A stretch of 64,000 bases of DNA from Marsupella aquatica (taxonomy: Eukaryota > Plantae > Marchantiophyta). The notes beneath the pieces are model-generated. The model saw only the letters and a list, made by a program, of their open reading frames with translations, was not told the DNA's origin and made no database searches. This document shows, piece by piece, positions 1 to 13,245 of the stretch. Location: NCBI GenBank assembly GCA_973895155.1, contig OZ316896.1, positions 13,372,549-13,436,548 of the forward strand, written 5' to 3'. The stretch's first letter is position 1; the number at the start of each line of letters is the position of its first letter. The position numbers were made by a program, and so were the translations under genes.

Positions 1-3000
1 CCCCTCGATCGGGTAAAAGTCGGCGGTTTCTACAAATTGAGGCTCCACGGACGACTTTGAAAATGTCCGCGCTGCAGCTGACGCTTTCACAGTGGCTGCC
101 GGACTGGTGCTCCCAGGACGAGCATACGTCTGAAACGCGAGCACAGCCACACCCGCAGCGAGAAGCAACGAAGCGAAAATTGCTGCAGTGGTCCTGAAAC
201 CCGGCGCCTGCCTTATGAGCTCGTCTTTGAACAACCAGCGAGGACCCGCTGGCTTTGTCGCGAGTGCCATTGATGAATCGACGTCATTTTCCTCCGGGCT
301 GGATAAAAGTGGAACAGTTTCTTCCCGGCTGTCTCCCTGCAAACTTTCTTGGAATGGAAGTGAACGAGCTTCTTGACTCAAACCCGGCTCGAGAAGCTGG
401 GGCTTGTCCTCCGTTACGCGAGCAGCTGGCTCAACCTCCTCTGATAAATCATGATACAATTGAATTCCCTCCACACCTTGAGACACAGGGGTCTGTTCCC
501 CTAAAGGTGACGACAAAGGTTCAACTTCTACAATTGCATCTGAGGCATTCTCAACTGCAATATCAACAACTTCGCTAGTGCTGCCAAGTTTGGTCACCAC
601 GTCACTACTCACGTCAATTGCTTGATCATCATTTTGGACCGATTTTACAGCATTCAGCTCTTGAAGAGTGATCTCCTGTTCACTTTGCTCAGAAAGGTTT
701 AAAGTGGGCTCAATGTCTTGAGAGGGTTTAGAGATTGGTATGTCTGCAACTCTGCCCCGAGCTGCTCGAAGGATAACATGCTCGTCAGCAGGCCTTGCGG
801 AGGACAGCGGGCACTGGCTTGCGTTCCTGCCTTCTATGGTGCTATCCAAGGGTCCTTCCACTATCTGCTTAGTAGAAGGATGTCCGAAATACAAGTTCAC
901 CAGCGATGTCCAAACGGATTTAACTTCCCATGAGTCCACCCTGGCCATGATATTCTCGTATGCCTCAACGGGGTCGAACATGTCATGAGGCACTACAAAA
1001 TCGTAGTCAGGAACCCAGTCCCACTCGTTCACCTCCTCCTGACCATTACGTGAGCGGTAAATATTCATTTCTCCCTCCAGTGATGTTTTGAGGTTGGCAT
1101 ATGATTCCTTCATGAATCGTCCGAACTTTGCGCTGTAATCCACACAGAATGACAAGACGACTTTGCCATTATCCACTACCTTGATGAGGTCTACATGGGA
1201 TTGTATGAGAGAATAGACATTCACCCAGCCAACCCGTACAACGTCAGGACAAGAAAGAGAAAAATCCCTCCCAAGGTGTGGTTTTTCGGCCCACAATCCC
1301 TCGGTAGTTTGAAGGAACTGACGAATCGGTTCGGTGACCTTGCTTGCCTTCCAGACACGAGAGATGTAGGTTTGATGAAGAGATGTGGGAAGAAGAGCCG
1401 GACTTCCAGAGGCGACGACGAGTAGTGCAACGAAAGCAAAAATAGAAACGATGCCACACGCATTGTAACCCCAGGTAGTCGAGCTATTATCGTCCCAATC
1501 TTCAGCGTCTTCTTCGTCAAGATGTTCCTCCGCTTCTCCCTTGCGATAATCGAATTTCGAGTCGGTGGAAAGAACATCCAAGCCAGAAGCAGTATCTGTC
1601 TCTGGAGCAGGTGTCATACTGGAAATTCTGCTCTGCTGCTGCTCGGGTTCTTCTCTATAACTTAATTGAACGATTTCACCATTTCCCTGTTCAGTATCAG
1701 TGTCCGACTTGAACAGCTCGTTAGAAGACATTTTGCAACGAGGTGATGGGCTTTCTAGAGACGACGATGATGATGTGAGAGAACGCACATCATGTTGAGA
1801 GACATCTTGAGATTCACTCTCGCCGAGCTCCTTCTCTTCCACATCTTTCTCAGATCCCATTCTCGACGAGTCCGCATCGGTTGCGGGCGATTCCAGGTCT
1901 AAATCGCCGAGCGTCCCTTCTGCACTTTTGCGAAGAAGCTCTAGTCGTCGCAGTGGTTTGTAGCGGAGAAATTGCGGTCTTGGCGAGAGGAAGTTGTTCT
2001 TGGGGTCGTACGTACTATTGGGTGTGGCGGTGGTCTTTTCTTGGATCAAACTGTCTGCTTCCCCACGAAGAGGAGATACGACGTTTCCCTCCATTGCCGA
2101 GCTCTTTCTGGCGCGAAGGGACTCAGGACGAGGAGAATAAGGTGCAACTACTCGCTGGAACGGAGCTTCGTCAACAAAACCTGTTAGACAACTCCCACTG
2201 TCCTCGCCGCATCCAGCAGCACTGAGAGTTCCAGATAGACTCCTCCGAAGACTTTCAATGCTTTGTCGCGGTGAGCACATCATCACTGGGGCCGAAAAGT
2301 CAGCAGGAGCATTACCAGACGTCCCGCCTTCATCTTGCAAGAACTTCTGTATCCTTCTCTGCAACTCTTCAATCGAGACGAGTGGGCTCTTGGGCGTTCC
2401 AGGGTTTTCTCCTGTAGTAGTAGTACTACGCTCGGGAGACAATGCCGACGACAGTCCATCCGACTCTACCCTACTTTGACTCCAGTCATTCATGCTCTGG
2501 GAAACGGCCGCGGAGATAGGTGGTTCCGCTCCGGCGATCACCTCTTTCCTGCGAGCGGGAGCAGCAGCGGTGGCAACAGCAACAGAGTGCGGCTTCATCT
2601 CCTCTTCTTTCATCCGCGTTGGGGGATAAGTGGTTGTACTGAATTCCCGGTTCTCAGCCAAAATCTTGCGCTTCACCACGGGCTTCGGAGGTGTTGTGAA
2701 GCGCATGGTAGCAGCAGTTCTCGTCGACTTTCCCGTTGGCGTAGAAGGATTTATTAGAGTCTTCCCGCTGTACTGGGCTTTGTCTGTGGGCACCTTCCAC
2801 GGCTCTTGCAGCTTTTCGCGGTTCTCCTTGCATTCTTTGCAGGCCTTCGTGGGGGTCGTATGCAAGGCCCCGCGACCTTCACAAGAACAGGTAGCCGGTT
2901 ATCGATCATTCCGTGGACTTGGACGTCTTTTCTCATTTCTCACACATTCAAGATCATCCGGAATTTTACAATTCACTCATTTTGAACCACAATTTCCAGT

Positions 3001-3551
3001 TGTGTTCCGAACTCTATACAATGGGCTACTAGTCAAGTTTGGCGTCAATGTTGAGAACATTCACGCCCCGTTTCATAGGAAGTGAAAATACAGTACCATG
3101 AAAGATTAGCAATTGAATGCCCAGGAGGCAATTTCTACGTTCAACCTTCGGTTCGATTCAACATTATGATTACTGGCTCATTAGCTCTTCTATGCACAGA
3201 CCCTAAACTTTGACAATCCAGATGTCCACAAGGAAAGGAAAATGGACAAACATCAATCAGTCGAGGAGAGGTTCATGATATGTTACCAATGTCCGAGGTG
3301 CGACTGTTGAAAAGCGGATTGGTATGGCTCCGTGCCATCTCCAAGTCTTGCCTCCCGGCGACACCAGGGAAAGTGCCCCTCACAGGTGACAATCCCCGTA
3401 CTGGAGACACCCCAGCTGAATAATTACCATTCCATCGTGCTCCGAGAGCTCCTCCACCACCCCCCACTCCTCCTCCTCCAGAAGCCGACGCGGAAGAGGG
3501 TGTAGAGGACTTGGTCTGTTTCTGATAACCGGGCCTATTCGGTAACGACAT
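1..3551 (-). CDS. Large plant transmembrane protein of the 'YDPxxNxLSPRPQFLxYxP' family (At2g16270/At1g16630-like, recalled from memory); 3' end lies beyond the window
   Basis: Exon 1 is 3551-3287 (ATG MSLPNRP...SDI G|GTAACA). Exon 2 is 2876-<1 (TGTGAAG|GT CGC GGG, phase-compatible) and reads open to position 1, giving >1040 aa. Contains KRKILAENRE, YDPKNNFLSPRPQFLRYKPLRR (about 2010-1945) and two hydrophobic segments: GIVSIFAFVALLVVASG (about 1455-1402) and AAIFASLLLAAGVAVLAF (about 186-133). It is absent from the ORF track, consistent with no stop inside the window. Confidence 0.85.
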
Positions 3552-4419
3552 CGATGACCGGTCACCTGATTCTGCTCTACCTCCTGCTCAATTGTGGCTA
3601 TCTCTTCAACCGCTCCACAAAACAATCAGTCACGTTGTACTCGAGAAAATAGTACTCCGTATCACCACAATGCCCTCCTTTTCTTGAGTGATACTCAGAA
3701 TCCCGATAAAAATAGATTGCGGACAGTCTCAGCGACATACACCCCGAGGGCGAAACGAAGAAACTAATCAAGCACGCCCCACCAGTCAGTCAAAGCCAGC
3801 CTGCTGTAGCACCACCAGAGCAGTCGAACTCTCACCACTAACTCGAACCGACGACAGCAAGGAAAGGAAATTTGGGAGCAGCAATGCTGCTAACCACAAA
3901 CAATTGACGTACACACAGAGGAAGAGACACAAAGCTAAATCACCAAACTCAGTCGCACTCTTCGCTTTCAAACTCGTAAGTTAGCGCATCCAAATCTACT
4001 GAAAGCCCACAGCGTCGAGAGCTCCAATTGCCATGCGGAAGCGGAAGGACTGCCATAAACAGCGGTAGACATCCAACCCCACAATTGTCGCGAGCGCCAG
4101 GCACTGTCAGTAATAATAATAATTCTGACGAGGGCCAAAAGTCCAGAACACGCTAGAAAAAGAGAATGCCGACGTACCCAACGGGAGGATTGGATCGTTC
4201 GCGCTGAGAAGAGAAAAACAGTGATACACGAACAGACTGTGAATCCTGTGAACGACGAAGGCGCAGCAGTGGGTGTGGAGTACAGTAGTAGACTAGTAGA
4301 GGACAGGAGGGTAGCCGTTACAGGCAGATTCAAAACTCCGGGAAGCGCGGGGATGGATCGACACTACAATCATCATATCATTATTATTATTACTAGCCCC
4401 ATGCCGACGTCTAGATGAA

Positions 4420-4830
4420 AAAATATGTTAATAAGAGTAAAAGATGTCAAGGTGAAGGAAAGAAATCAAGGTACGAAAAAGATATCAAGGAGAGAAAAGA
4501 ATCTATGCATTACACAAAAGATGTTGAGATGAGGAAATTAAAGACGTTGAGTTGAAAAAAGATGTTGATGAGAGAGAAAGATATGAAGGTGAGGAAAGAT
4601 GTCAAGGAGAGAGAAAAATGGCAAGGGTGAAGGAAAAATGTTGAGATATGATGAAGATATCAAGGTGAGAAAAAGATGGCGAGATGAGAAAAGATTTCGA
4701 CACTGAGAAAAAGATGGTGTGATGTGATAAAGATGTCAAAGTGAGAAAAGACCTTGAGTAAAGAAAAAGATGTTGAGTAGATAAAAGATGCTCAGGTGAG
4801 ATAAAGATGGCAATGTGAGAAAGAGATTTG
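4420..4830. repeat. Degenerate purine-rich minisatellite, about 17-18-bp unit (GAGAAAAGATGTYRAG-like)
   Basis: Recurrent AAAGATGT/AAAGATAT followed by (C/T)AAGG or TGAG throughout the interval. Confidence 0.7.
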
Positions 4831-5887
4831 CTTCCAAGTAAGACCTTAAGACTATATATGGAATATTTTGTAAGACATTCATGATTAAAAACTATAAAGA
4901 ATTTTGTCACATTGGGTGTGAAAATCTCATCATTTTGACACAATATATTTATAAATATTTAGGTATATTTTTTAAATGTTTGGAAAGTTTAAAAACACTA
5001 AATTAATTTTTTTCTCCCTTTATCATCTTTTCCCACATTCTAATATTTGTTCCTATCCTAACTTTTATCTTTAATTTCTTTTGTTTTTCTTTTATTTCCC
5101 CTCTCCCCCTTTTCTTGCTCCCTAGCAGTTTCTCTTTACTCTCCCCATCAATTGCATAACATTATATTTTTATGGGAGCATAATAATTGGTTGTACATTC
5201 TAGTACAACACACATTCATGGTACTTTCAAGTACAATAGTCTCATGTGCATGTACTGTGGGCATGTGTAAAGTGTCTTTTGTCCTATGTGCATGTACTTT
5301 TGGCAGGTGTACCTTAAACATGCTACTAAGCCTATTAGTGTTACTATACCTATTATTGTGAAACAAAAAAGATGATGATATGGGTTTGTGTGCATCTGAT
5401 GGTGGGAAATAAATAATCAATTCAATGGATGGTCATGATGGTTTCCCGCCATTTCTGATTTTCATAAAAGGACTAAGGACGAAAAGAGGCGGGGGATGCA
5501 GTATTATAGTTGTAGATGTTAATAGAATATTCTCTGATATATATTTTTTATAAAGTAAAATATGTTATTATATTGAAAATAAAGAATATTAGTGAAATAT
5601 TTTCTGTATAGAATATAGCTATATTAGGCTAGGATTGCATGTGGTACCCCAAAATATACATTTAGTTAACACCAAAATATACATTTAGTTAACCCCCTGA
5701 GGTGAGGATAAAAAAGATTATGCCAAGAACAATATTCCTTGCAATTTGTCATTCATCTTTGCCATGTGTGTTTGGGAGCACGAAAACTATTAATAGACTT
5801 CAGTATATAATAGTAAATGTGGCAGGTTTGTATTAACTTTTGAGTTTCTGAAATAGTCACTTATTAGAAGTGGTGATGGAGTTTTGA

Positions 5888-6315
5888 GGAGTTCTAAACT
5901 CAAAGCTTTAATTAAGTTACCTATCATATGGCAAATGGCGTTTGTTACGGACCCCCATTAGGGGTCTTTTTCAAATTTCCTGGTGTAAGAGAAATGTTGA
6001 CAGTTGTCAAATTTCCTGGACATGTCATGTCAACATAGACAATGACAAAGAGGACACAACTGTTTTGTGAACAGGAAACAGCTCCCAAATCCTGTTTGTG
6101 GCAAATGTTGTGTAATAACTAGGTCGCTATACCTTAAGTCCTAAAAATAAAAGTAAACCAAATACAAAAGAAAAGGGTAATTTTTTTAAAACATTAACCA
6201 TTTTAGCTATCTTTTGGTGCCAGGAAATTTTCAAGTGGCCCCTAATGGAGGTCAGTAATTAAAACAGTTGCCAAAATTTTGGCAACCTTAATCAACTCTG
6301 AAGTTTGAAACTCTC
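5888..6315. mobile_element. Degenerate foldback/MITE-like relic with about 110-bp imperfect inverted arms
   Basis: gacccccattaggggtctttttcaaatttcctgg (about 5950) is the imperfect reverse complement of ccaggaaattttcaagtggcccctaatggaggtc (about 6220). Similarity extends outward to gagttctaaactc / aagtttgaaactc. Confidence 0.55.
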
Positions 6316-9087
6316 ATTGACTTGGGAGGCCCATTTGCCGAGAAAAAAGAGGTGGAAGACACTTATTTGAATTTTGTGAAATTGCTTTGATTCCTTCTTT
6401 AAGTTCAGTTCATACGGAAGATGTTGAATTTCATTTTAAAACCATTCAAATGTGACTAAAATAATTTCCCATCCTCACATTGTTCTTCTGTTGGAACAGA
6501 TTTTGGGTTGAGTGCATGTACTATTTATGTTCATATCAGAAACTCATAGCATATTTAAGTTTGTGTTTGGATTTGGGACTGAAAATGCTATTAGGAGCCC
6601 TAATGTACTATACCTTTATCTGGTCTTCAATCTGGGGAAATTAACTCTTTTATACACCTTGGTATATGAAATTGTGGTTAGGACCCTATATACAAGTTTA
6701 ATAACATACTTTGCTGGTTGGAAGAGTTTCACTATAAGGTGACCTAGCTGTTATAGAGAAATCCTTACTCAACTAACATCTGTGCAAACCTTCCCTGGTT
6801 GTCACATTTTCTTCTTTGCAATGCAAGTCTGCTCCACAATTTCACAATAAAGATTTAACATCAAAGCTGGCGATACTAAGCTGGCGACCAGAGAATGGTA
6901 TGACCACCCAAAATTTAGATTTTGAGTCTGAACAAGATTGAACTCTTTTACAGAGTAATCTGCTGGTTTTCTGCTTAATTTGGGACAAACCAATTGTGAA
7001 ATGCATTGTACATCCTCCTCGGCTCTGCTGACAAGGACAAGGGTTGAATTGCTTTTGTGCTCAACAAACTGAGAGGCACTTTACATCTAGGCACAGGGGC
7101 AGTTTGAGCCAAAAATCAAAGACCTAATCAAGCATTCACTTTGGTTATGCATTAGACATTCTCCTTTGCAAGAACAGGGATTGAATCACCTCTGCGTCAC
7201 AAACTGGGAGAATTTTTTTACTTAAGCATTGAGGCAGAATGAGCCATAATTAAAGACTTACATTAACCAGATCAAAATCAGTGTAATTTTGCTTCAAGGA
7301 AAATCAATGTAATTTAGTGTGGCCATTTGAGTGGACAGAACTTTGGACTTCTTTTCGAGTTGGTCTAATCTTTGGCACAAAGCTTCCCAATTGTAAGCTC
7401 AAAGATGGGTCCTACCTTCTAGCTAGGATTGTGATAGGACTGTGATTCCTAGACCCTCATTTTCTGAAGAGAACTACTGTGCCATATTTGTAGTGGACAG
7501 ACTAGATTTTTTCAATAGCAAAACTCTCCACCTTGTTGCCTCCTCATAGAAGCTCACTAGTCGTGACAAAAAATTCGAGGCCAGTGGAGCTGTAACAATT
7601 GCATCAATGAAAGCTCATTCCAGGAGATCGAGCTATAACCTGTTGAACACCTGCTTATATGTTGTCATGGATAAAATCGTTAACCAACTACAGATTAATG
7701 CATCCCAGTGAATGCACATCAAAAGATGACAATATAAGTTTACTAGGTCACTTTACACCATGATTAGCCCAAATTATTCTGTTTACATCAGTGAATAAGT
7801 ACTTATCTCTTATATATGATTTCATGGTTAGCATAATTTTGAAATGCTCAAAAGCAAGGGTTATCACATTTCTGATGTGCAGTTAGTGGGATGCCAAATT
7901 AATGGCAGCTCAGGTGGCACGAGGGTCGACATTATTCTCTTCCAAAGTGCAGTGTATCAAATCTGTTGAACACCTACAGATTAATGGCAGCTCAAGGCAT
8001 ATGCGTGTTTACAGTATTCTCTTCCTAAGTGCAGACTCTTGGAATTGACGACCATCTACTTATTATACGAAAATTTCCAAGAGTCTACAACCCTGTCCCC
8101 TCATGCATGAGTGCCGCATATTTTTCATACGCACGAATAAGCGAAACTTGGATGAGCATAAAAAGTGGACTGTAACAACTAAAACTTGGAGCATTAATGC
8201 TCATACATCAGCTTAGATGCTTTGGGAGGACATTGGATTCACTACTAGCTTTGCTTTATTTGGTTGGAATCAACAAACCAAATTCTGCAACATGCAAAAT
8301 TATATCTTTCACGCAGTTGCTAGTTCTTTCCTACATTTCATTGCTCGAGATATCTGGTGCGCACCCTAAACTGACCCACCTAATGGGAAGAACGAACGAA
8401 TTATCCAGCCGGAGTTAGTCTACTGTCATGTCAACGACCTCGATAACGATCGACATGCTCAAATTTAGCTACAGCGGGTGACATCCCCAAACAGAGCACT
8501 GGTTTGTTTGCAGGCATTTGGACCGCACAGCAGAACTTCATGGTGGACTAAACTCGATGGAATCACGAAACCGAAGTATCCTTCATCAGTCGAATCCAGA
8601 TGAAGGAATCATCCACCGAAGGTAAAACGCGTTCAATGTAGAATGACTACTGAGAATGGTTGCAGAGCCATTCGGTTTACAAACCATTTCAATTAAGCAA
8701 GTGATAATTACTCATCCAAATCGAGACATTGCGAAAGATTAGAGGCCCAAAATTCAATTTATTTCAGCAACGAAATGTTGTCGATTGTTATCAATGAGTC
8801 AATACATGAGTGACTCCAGGACCCCAGCTAAAAGCCGAGAACGCCATGCGCGATCTAATTTACTACTATGTGAGGTACGAAAGACCCGAAAGGGTCCGTG
8901 GCAGCCACTAGACTCTACGCTAGTAGAATCCTCTGCAATTTTGACGATCGGAACACGTACATTCTCTAAACATGTCCGACAGAAAGGTCCGGGCAAATGG
9001 TACGACCCCAGGACCTGAATTATTTCTTCACAGCATCAAAACGGATTTCGCGCAATGTGTGCACTGGCCGTCTGCATGCCAGGCACA

Positions 9088-9731
9088 CTACTTCTCTGCG
9101 GACGAAGACTTGTCAGACTTCGATGCCTTCTCGGCCTTGGTCGCTGCCTCTTTCTCCAGCTTAGCCGCTGTCTTTTTAGGGAGCAGCAGAGCATGGATAT
9201 TAGGTAGCACACCACCATGAGCAATGGTCACGCTGGCGAGGAGCTTTCCCAACTCTTCGTCATTCCTGATGGCCAATTGAATGTGCCGCGGAATGATTCT
9301 GGTCTTATTGTTGTCACGGCAGGCATTCCCCGCCAACTCGAGCACCTGAATGTCATTCGGAAAACAGAAATAGGTCAGTAATCAAATTTACCGGTCCATC
9401 AGGGAAAACGCGCTACTGCGCCAGCTTCGGCCATGGAACTCAATCATCAGAACGACCGAAGAATCGAGCAACGTCACAAACCATTCACTCGAGCACAGGC
9501 AACATAGATATCCGCAATTTGCCTCAACGTCGAAGCTTAACCAGCACTCACCTCTGCAGCGAGGTACTCCAACACAGCGGCGAGGTAAACGGGGGCGCCA
9601 GCACCAACACGCTTCGCATATCTGCCATTCTTCAGGAACCGAGCCAACCTTCCGACGGGAAATTGAAGTCCAGCTCGCTGCGACTTCGACACAGCTTTCT
9701 TCTTGGTCTTAGCATGGCCTCTTCCTGACAT
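9088..9731 (-). CDS. H2A: Histone H2A variant, H2A.M/H2A.W-like, 145 aa
   Basis: Exon 1 is 9731-9552 (MSGRG...AGLQFPVGR...YLAAE|GTGAGT). Exon 2 is 9345-9088 (CAG|VLELAGNA...[16 protein letters not shown]...GGVLPNIH...LLPKK plus a K/S/E/A-rich tail). Canonical histone fold with a GT-AG intron. Confidence 0.97.
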
Positions 9732-9744
9732 CGCAAAGGACCTT

Positions 9745-10115
9745 CAAAGCCTCCCAAATTCGACAGCAAAATGAGCACCTCCGCGACTTGATCCGGATCG
9801 AAGGATCAAATCTCGAGCGAAGGTTCGACCAGGAGGAGGAGGAGGAGCACGCCGACGATGCGGACCGACAAAGCCCCCCAAATTCGACAGCTAAATAAAC
9901 CCCTCCGCACTAGATCCGGCACGAGAACTCAAATCTCGAGTGGCGTTCGAGCTACTGCTACAGAAGCCAGGAGTAGCAGGCAGACGATCGGGTCTCCAAA
10001 GCCTCCGAATTCGACAGCAAAATGAATCAAATCTCGAGCGGTGGTCGAGGAGCAGGCAGACGATCGAGCAGAGAGAACCCAAGTGCAGGAGTAGCAGGCA
10101 GACGATCGGGGACGA
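9745..10115. repeat. About three diverged ~125-bp tandem units immediately upstream of the H2A ATG (probable 5' UTR)
   Basis: caaagcc..aattcgacagc(a/t)aaat..aaatctcgag recurs at about 9745, 9870 and 9997; agcaggcagacgatcg occurs three times. Confidence 0.75.
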
Positions 10116-10292
10116 AGAGGAAGGCGATCAGCGCGAGTGAGAGAGGAGTCGAAGTGAAGTCCATCATACCGGAGCGGAGAGTATTTATCATGTTCGCCGA
10201 GACACGGAGGGAGGGAGGGAGAGGGAGAGAGAGGATCGAACGAAATTGATGGGCAGTCACGCCCCTTCCAGTCCAGTCCAGTCCAGTCCAGT

Positions 10293-10310
10293 CCAGCTCA
10301 TCGATCCGCA
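10293..10310 (+). promoter_or_regulatory. Degenerate plant histone-promoter type I element (hexamer plus octamer)
   Basis: CCAGCTCATCGATCCGCA versus the consensus CCACGTCANCGATCCGCG (3 mismatches). It lies about 110 bp upstream of a TATA-like ATAAATA (minus strand, about 10182-10188) of the H2A gene. Confidence 0.4.
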
Positions 10311-12124
10311 CCAAGCCACCAATTCTCCGATTCAAACCTTACATCCCGCCTCCGTCCTCCGTTTGTGCTTTTCGATTTGAATGGAGGCGCCAATGCCAAT
10401 TCGAATGTTCGACCGACCCACCCCCACAAAGCCCCATCCATCTCTTTCAAATTCAAATTTCCGCTGAAAAAGTACTCCGTATAATGTACAGTACACTACA
10501 TTGCAGTGTAGGGCAGTGCAGTGCAGTGCAGTCAGGTATAGTACAGTACAGCACCCGTAGTTTCGACCATCCCCTTTGTCTTTTCCTTCTTTTTTCTTTT
10601 TTCTTTTCCGTTGGTTGATGAAATTTCTTTTGAGATTTCTTTTTGAGATTTCTGGGAGGAAACCATTGGTTGACTGAACTAAGTGAAAATAATGTAACTA
10701 ATGATCGGCAATGGGAAGGTACACTCGGGGAGCATGGGTCTAGAGTGAAGCCGCTAGAGGATGACTCGGGTGCTGGCACGCTGTGGGGTGAGGCAACAGG
10801 TGGAGAAGGCAGCCGGGGATCCAAGGAAAGCTCTATGCTCAAACATTTAGGGTAGTAGTAGTGGTGGTGGGATCCCAAAACTTGCTAGTAGTGTCTTTGA
10901 GGGTTGGGTAGTTGGGGATAATACTACCATATTCCCAATTATATACAACAAAGTGGGGAATGGAAGAGTACAAAGTATACATAGCTCCGGGGAGGGGAGA
11001 GCAAAGGTCACAAACAATGGCAAATATTCATTGCCTTTAGTGACCAAGCGGGTTTTGGTCACAGACCTGATTATGATTTGAAACCGTGAAAACACTGAAA
11101 TGTGTTTGAATTATGGTTTTGGACGAGGAAGTAGTATTTATGATTGATATGGTCAAAGGGTGGACCACTACAGAAATTAGTGTCCAATCTACAGTAGCAA
11201 GGTAATATACATATTTATGATCGAGTGGCACACTACTATTGACCGAATGAAGTGAGGTCCACTTGGGATCTACAGATCATTCTCCAATTTGTATGTGGGG
11301 TAGGGTAGCTGTGGTAAGGTATTTTGGGAGGTAAAAGATATGGAGGCGGAATAGGGAGCTCGATGTTGACAGAAGAGGTACTTAGATTGTTCAATCATGA
11401 ATGTGACCAAAGTAACCTTCTTTTGGCACAGGCCATGTGGGATATCATTGTCGACCTACAATAGCAAGGTAGTGTGCATATATATACCGTAGAAGAATGG
11501 ACACACGTACTGCAGGAAATTAATGTCAACCTATGGTAGCAAGGAGGCTAACAACAACCAAGATTTCACAAAATGATTATAATTCTTTGAATGTCTCTAT
11601 GCATTTTGCAAGAGGGTTATATTTCTACAACACAGAGCAAACACCAGTTGTACGTCCAATCAGCTCTCTCGAGGCAATCAGACGCACCATAAACTCATGA
11701 CAAGATTGAATCAACTAATCCAACCACCATTGTAGCTGTGCAGACTGGCTACATCAAAATTGATCTTTAATGTTATTAATTGTGTGTATAAAAAAATTCA
11801 GATATGGTGCTTGAGTGATTCCAAATAAGCTTGGGTACATGGCAAACCATGATTGCCTCTGAGTGCATGTGATATATGACATATTTTGTGGTATTTGTTA
11901 GATCTTCTAGCATTTTGGTTACACTGTAAGTCTTGGGGTTATATGTCACTCTTTTATCCTCATTCATTTGGCAGATTAGAGATGTACATCTCAGTCTTCC
12001 ATCCTGACTGGTTGATGAAAGGTTTTAGTGTCACTCTTCCATATATTGGCTAACCATGAGAGGTAGATTACTTTACCATTCTAGTTAGTTTGGGAGAAAG
12101 GGTGGAACCAAGTGACAAGGGCTA

Positions 12125-13010
12125 ACATTATGCCTGATCTCAAATGGTATTTATCAGACCTAAGCTTGTACTCGCCCCTGGCTTGTGAGTCTTACATCCA
12201 AACATTATGCTTTTATAATCCCAAATGCTATGTAGTGTGATCTATTTAAACATTATGCACTAGTGATCACACATATTTATATATATAGTGAGATCTAAGC
12301 TTGCAGGGCCTTGTTAGTCTCTTATCCAAACAATATGCTATGTAGTGAGATCTAAGCTTGTAGCGTCTTGTTAGTCTCCCATCCAAACAATATGCCCAGG
12401 TTATCACATATGCTATGTAGTGAGATCTAAGCTTGTAGCATCTTGTTAGTCTCCCATCCAAACAATATGCCCTGGTTATCACATATGCTATGTAGTGAGA
12501 TCTAAGCTTGTAGCACCTTGTTAGTCTCTCATCCAAACAATATGCCCTGGTGATCACATATGCTATAAAGTAGTGAGAAATAAGCTTGTAGCGCCTTGTT
12601 AGTCTCTCATCCAAACAATATGCTCCCTAGTTATCACATATGCTATGTAGTGAAATCTAAGCTTGTAGCGTCTTGTTAGTATCTCATCCAAACAATATGC
12701 TCTAGTTATCGCATATGCTATGTATTGAGATCTAAGCTTGTAGGGCCTTGTTGGTCTCTCATCCAAACAATATGCCCTAGTTATCACATATGCTATGTAG
12801 TGAGATCTAAGCTTGTAGTGCCTTGTTAGTCTCTCATCCAACCAATTTGCCCTAGTTATCACAAATGCTATGTAGTGTGATCTAAGTGTGTAGTGCCTTG
12901 TTAGTCTTCCATCCAAACAATATGCCCTAGTTATCACATATGCTATGTCATGAGATCTAAGCTTGTAGCCCCTTGTTAGTCTCCCATCCAAATATCATGC
13001 CTAAGTATCA
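12125..13010. repeat. 75-bp tandem minisatellite, about 11 copies
   Basis: Unit tgttagtctctcatccaaacaatatgccctagttatcacatatgctatgtagtgagatctaagcttgtagcgcct (starts e.g. 12369, 12444). The minus-strand ORFs show the matching 25-aa periodicity. Confidence 0.95.
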
Positions 13011-13124
13011 CATATATGCCACATATCACCATAGCGCCCCTTGCTTCCTTGCTTCCTTCAATCACTTGATATTTGATCACGTATGTGTCCTTGTTGACAG
13101 ACACACATAGAAGGAAGGAACCAG

Positions 13125-13245
13125 TGCCCATAGATTCATGGATGTGTGGTAGCTCACTTGAGTAATGACTCATAGATCTTGGGTTCAAGTGTTGTGACTG
13201 ACTGTTCCCTTCTCTGGGGTTTCACAGATTGCCCTTTAATTTAGA
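13125..13245 (+). mobile_element. tRNA-derived SINE family A, copy 1
   Basis: A-box-like TGGTAGCTCACTTG, B-box-like GGGTTCAAGT, 3' GGGGTTTCACAGATT..CCTTTAA. Homologous to the copies at 14611 and 56883. Confidence 0.7.

Noticed and set aside
188-3085. Plus-strand ORFs and short minus-strand ORFs in this interval
   Set aside because: They are shadows of the long minus-strand exon. The same applies to ORFs overlapping the H2A, ARM and RopGAP genes.
12125-13010. CRISPR-like array
   Set aside because: The units are repeated in full with no unique spacers, there are no cas genes, and the context is eukaryotic.
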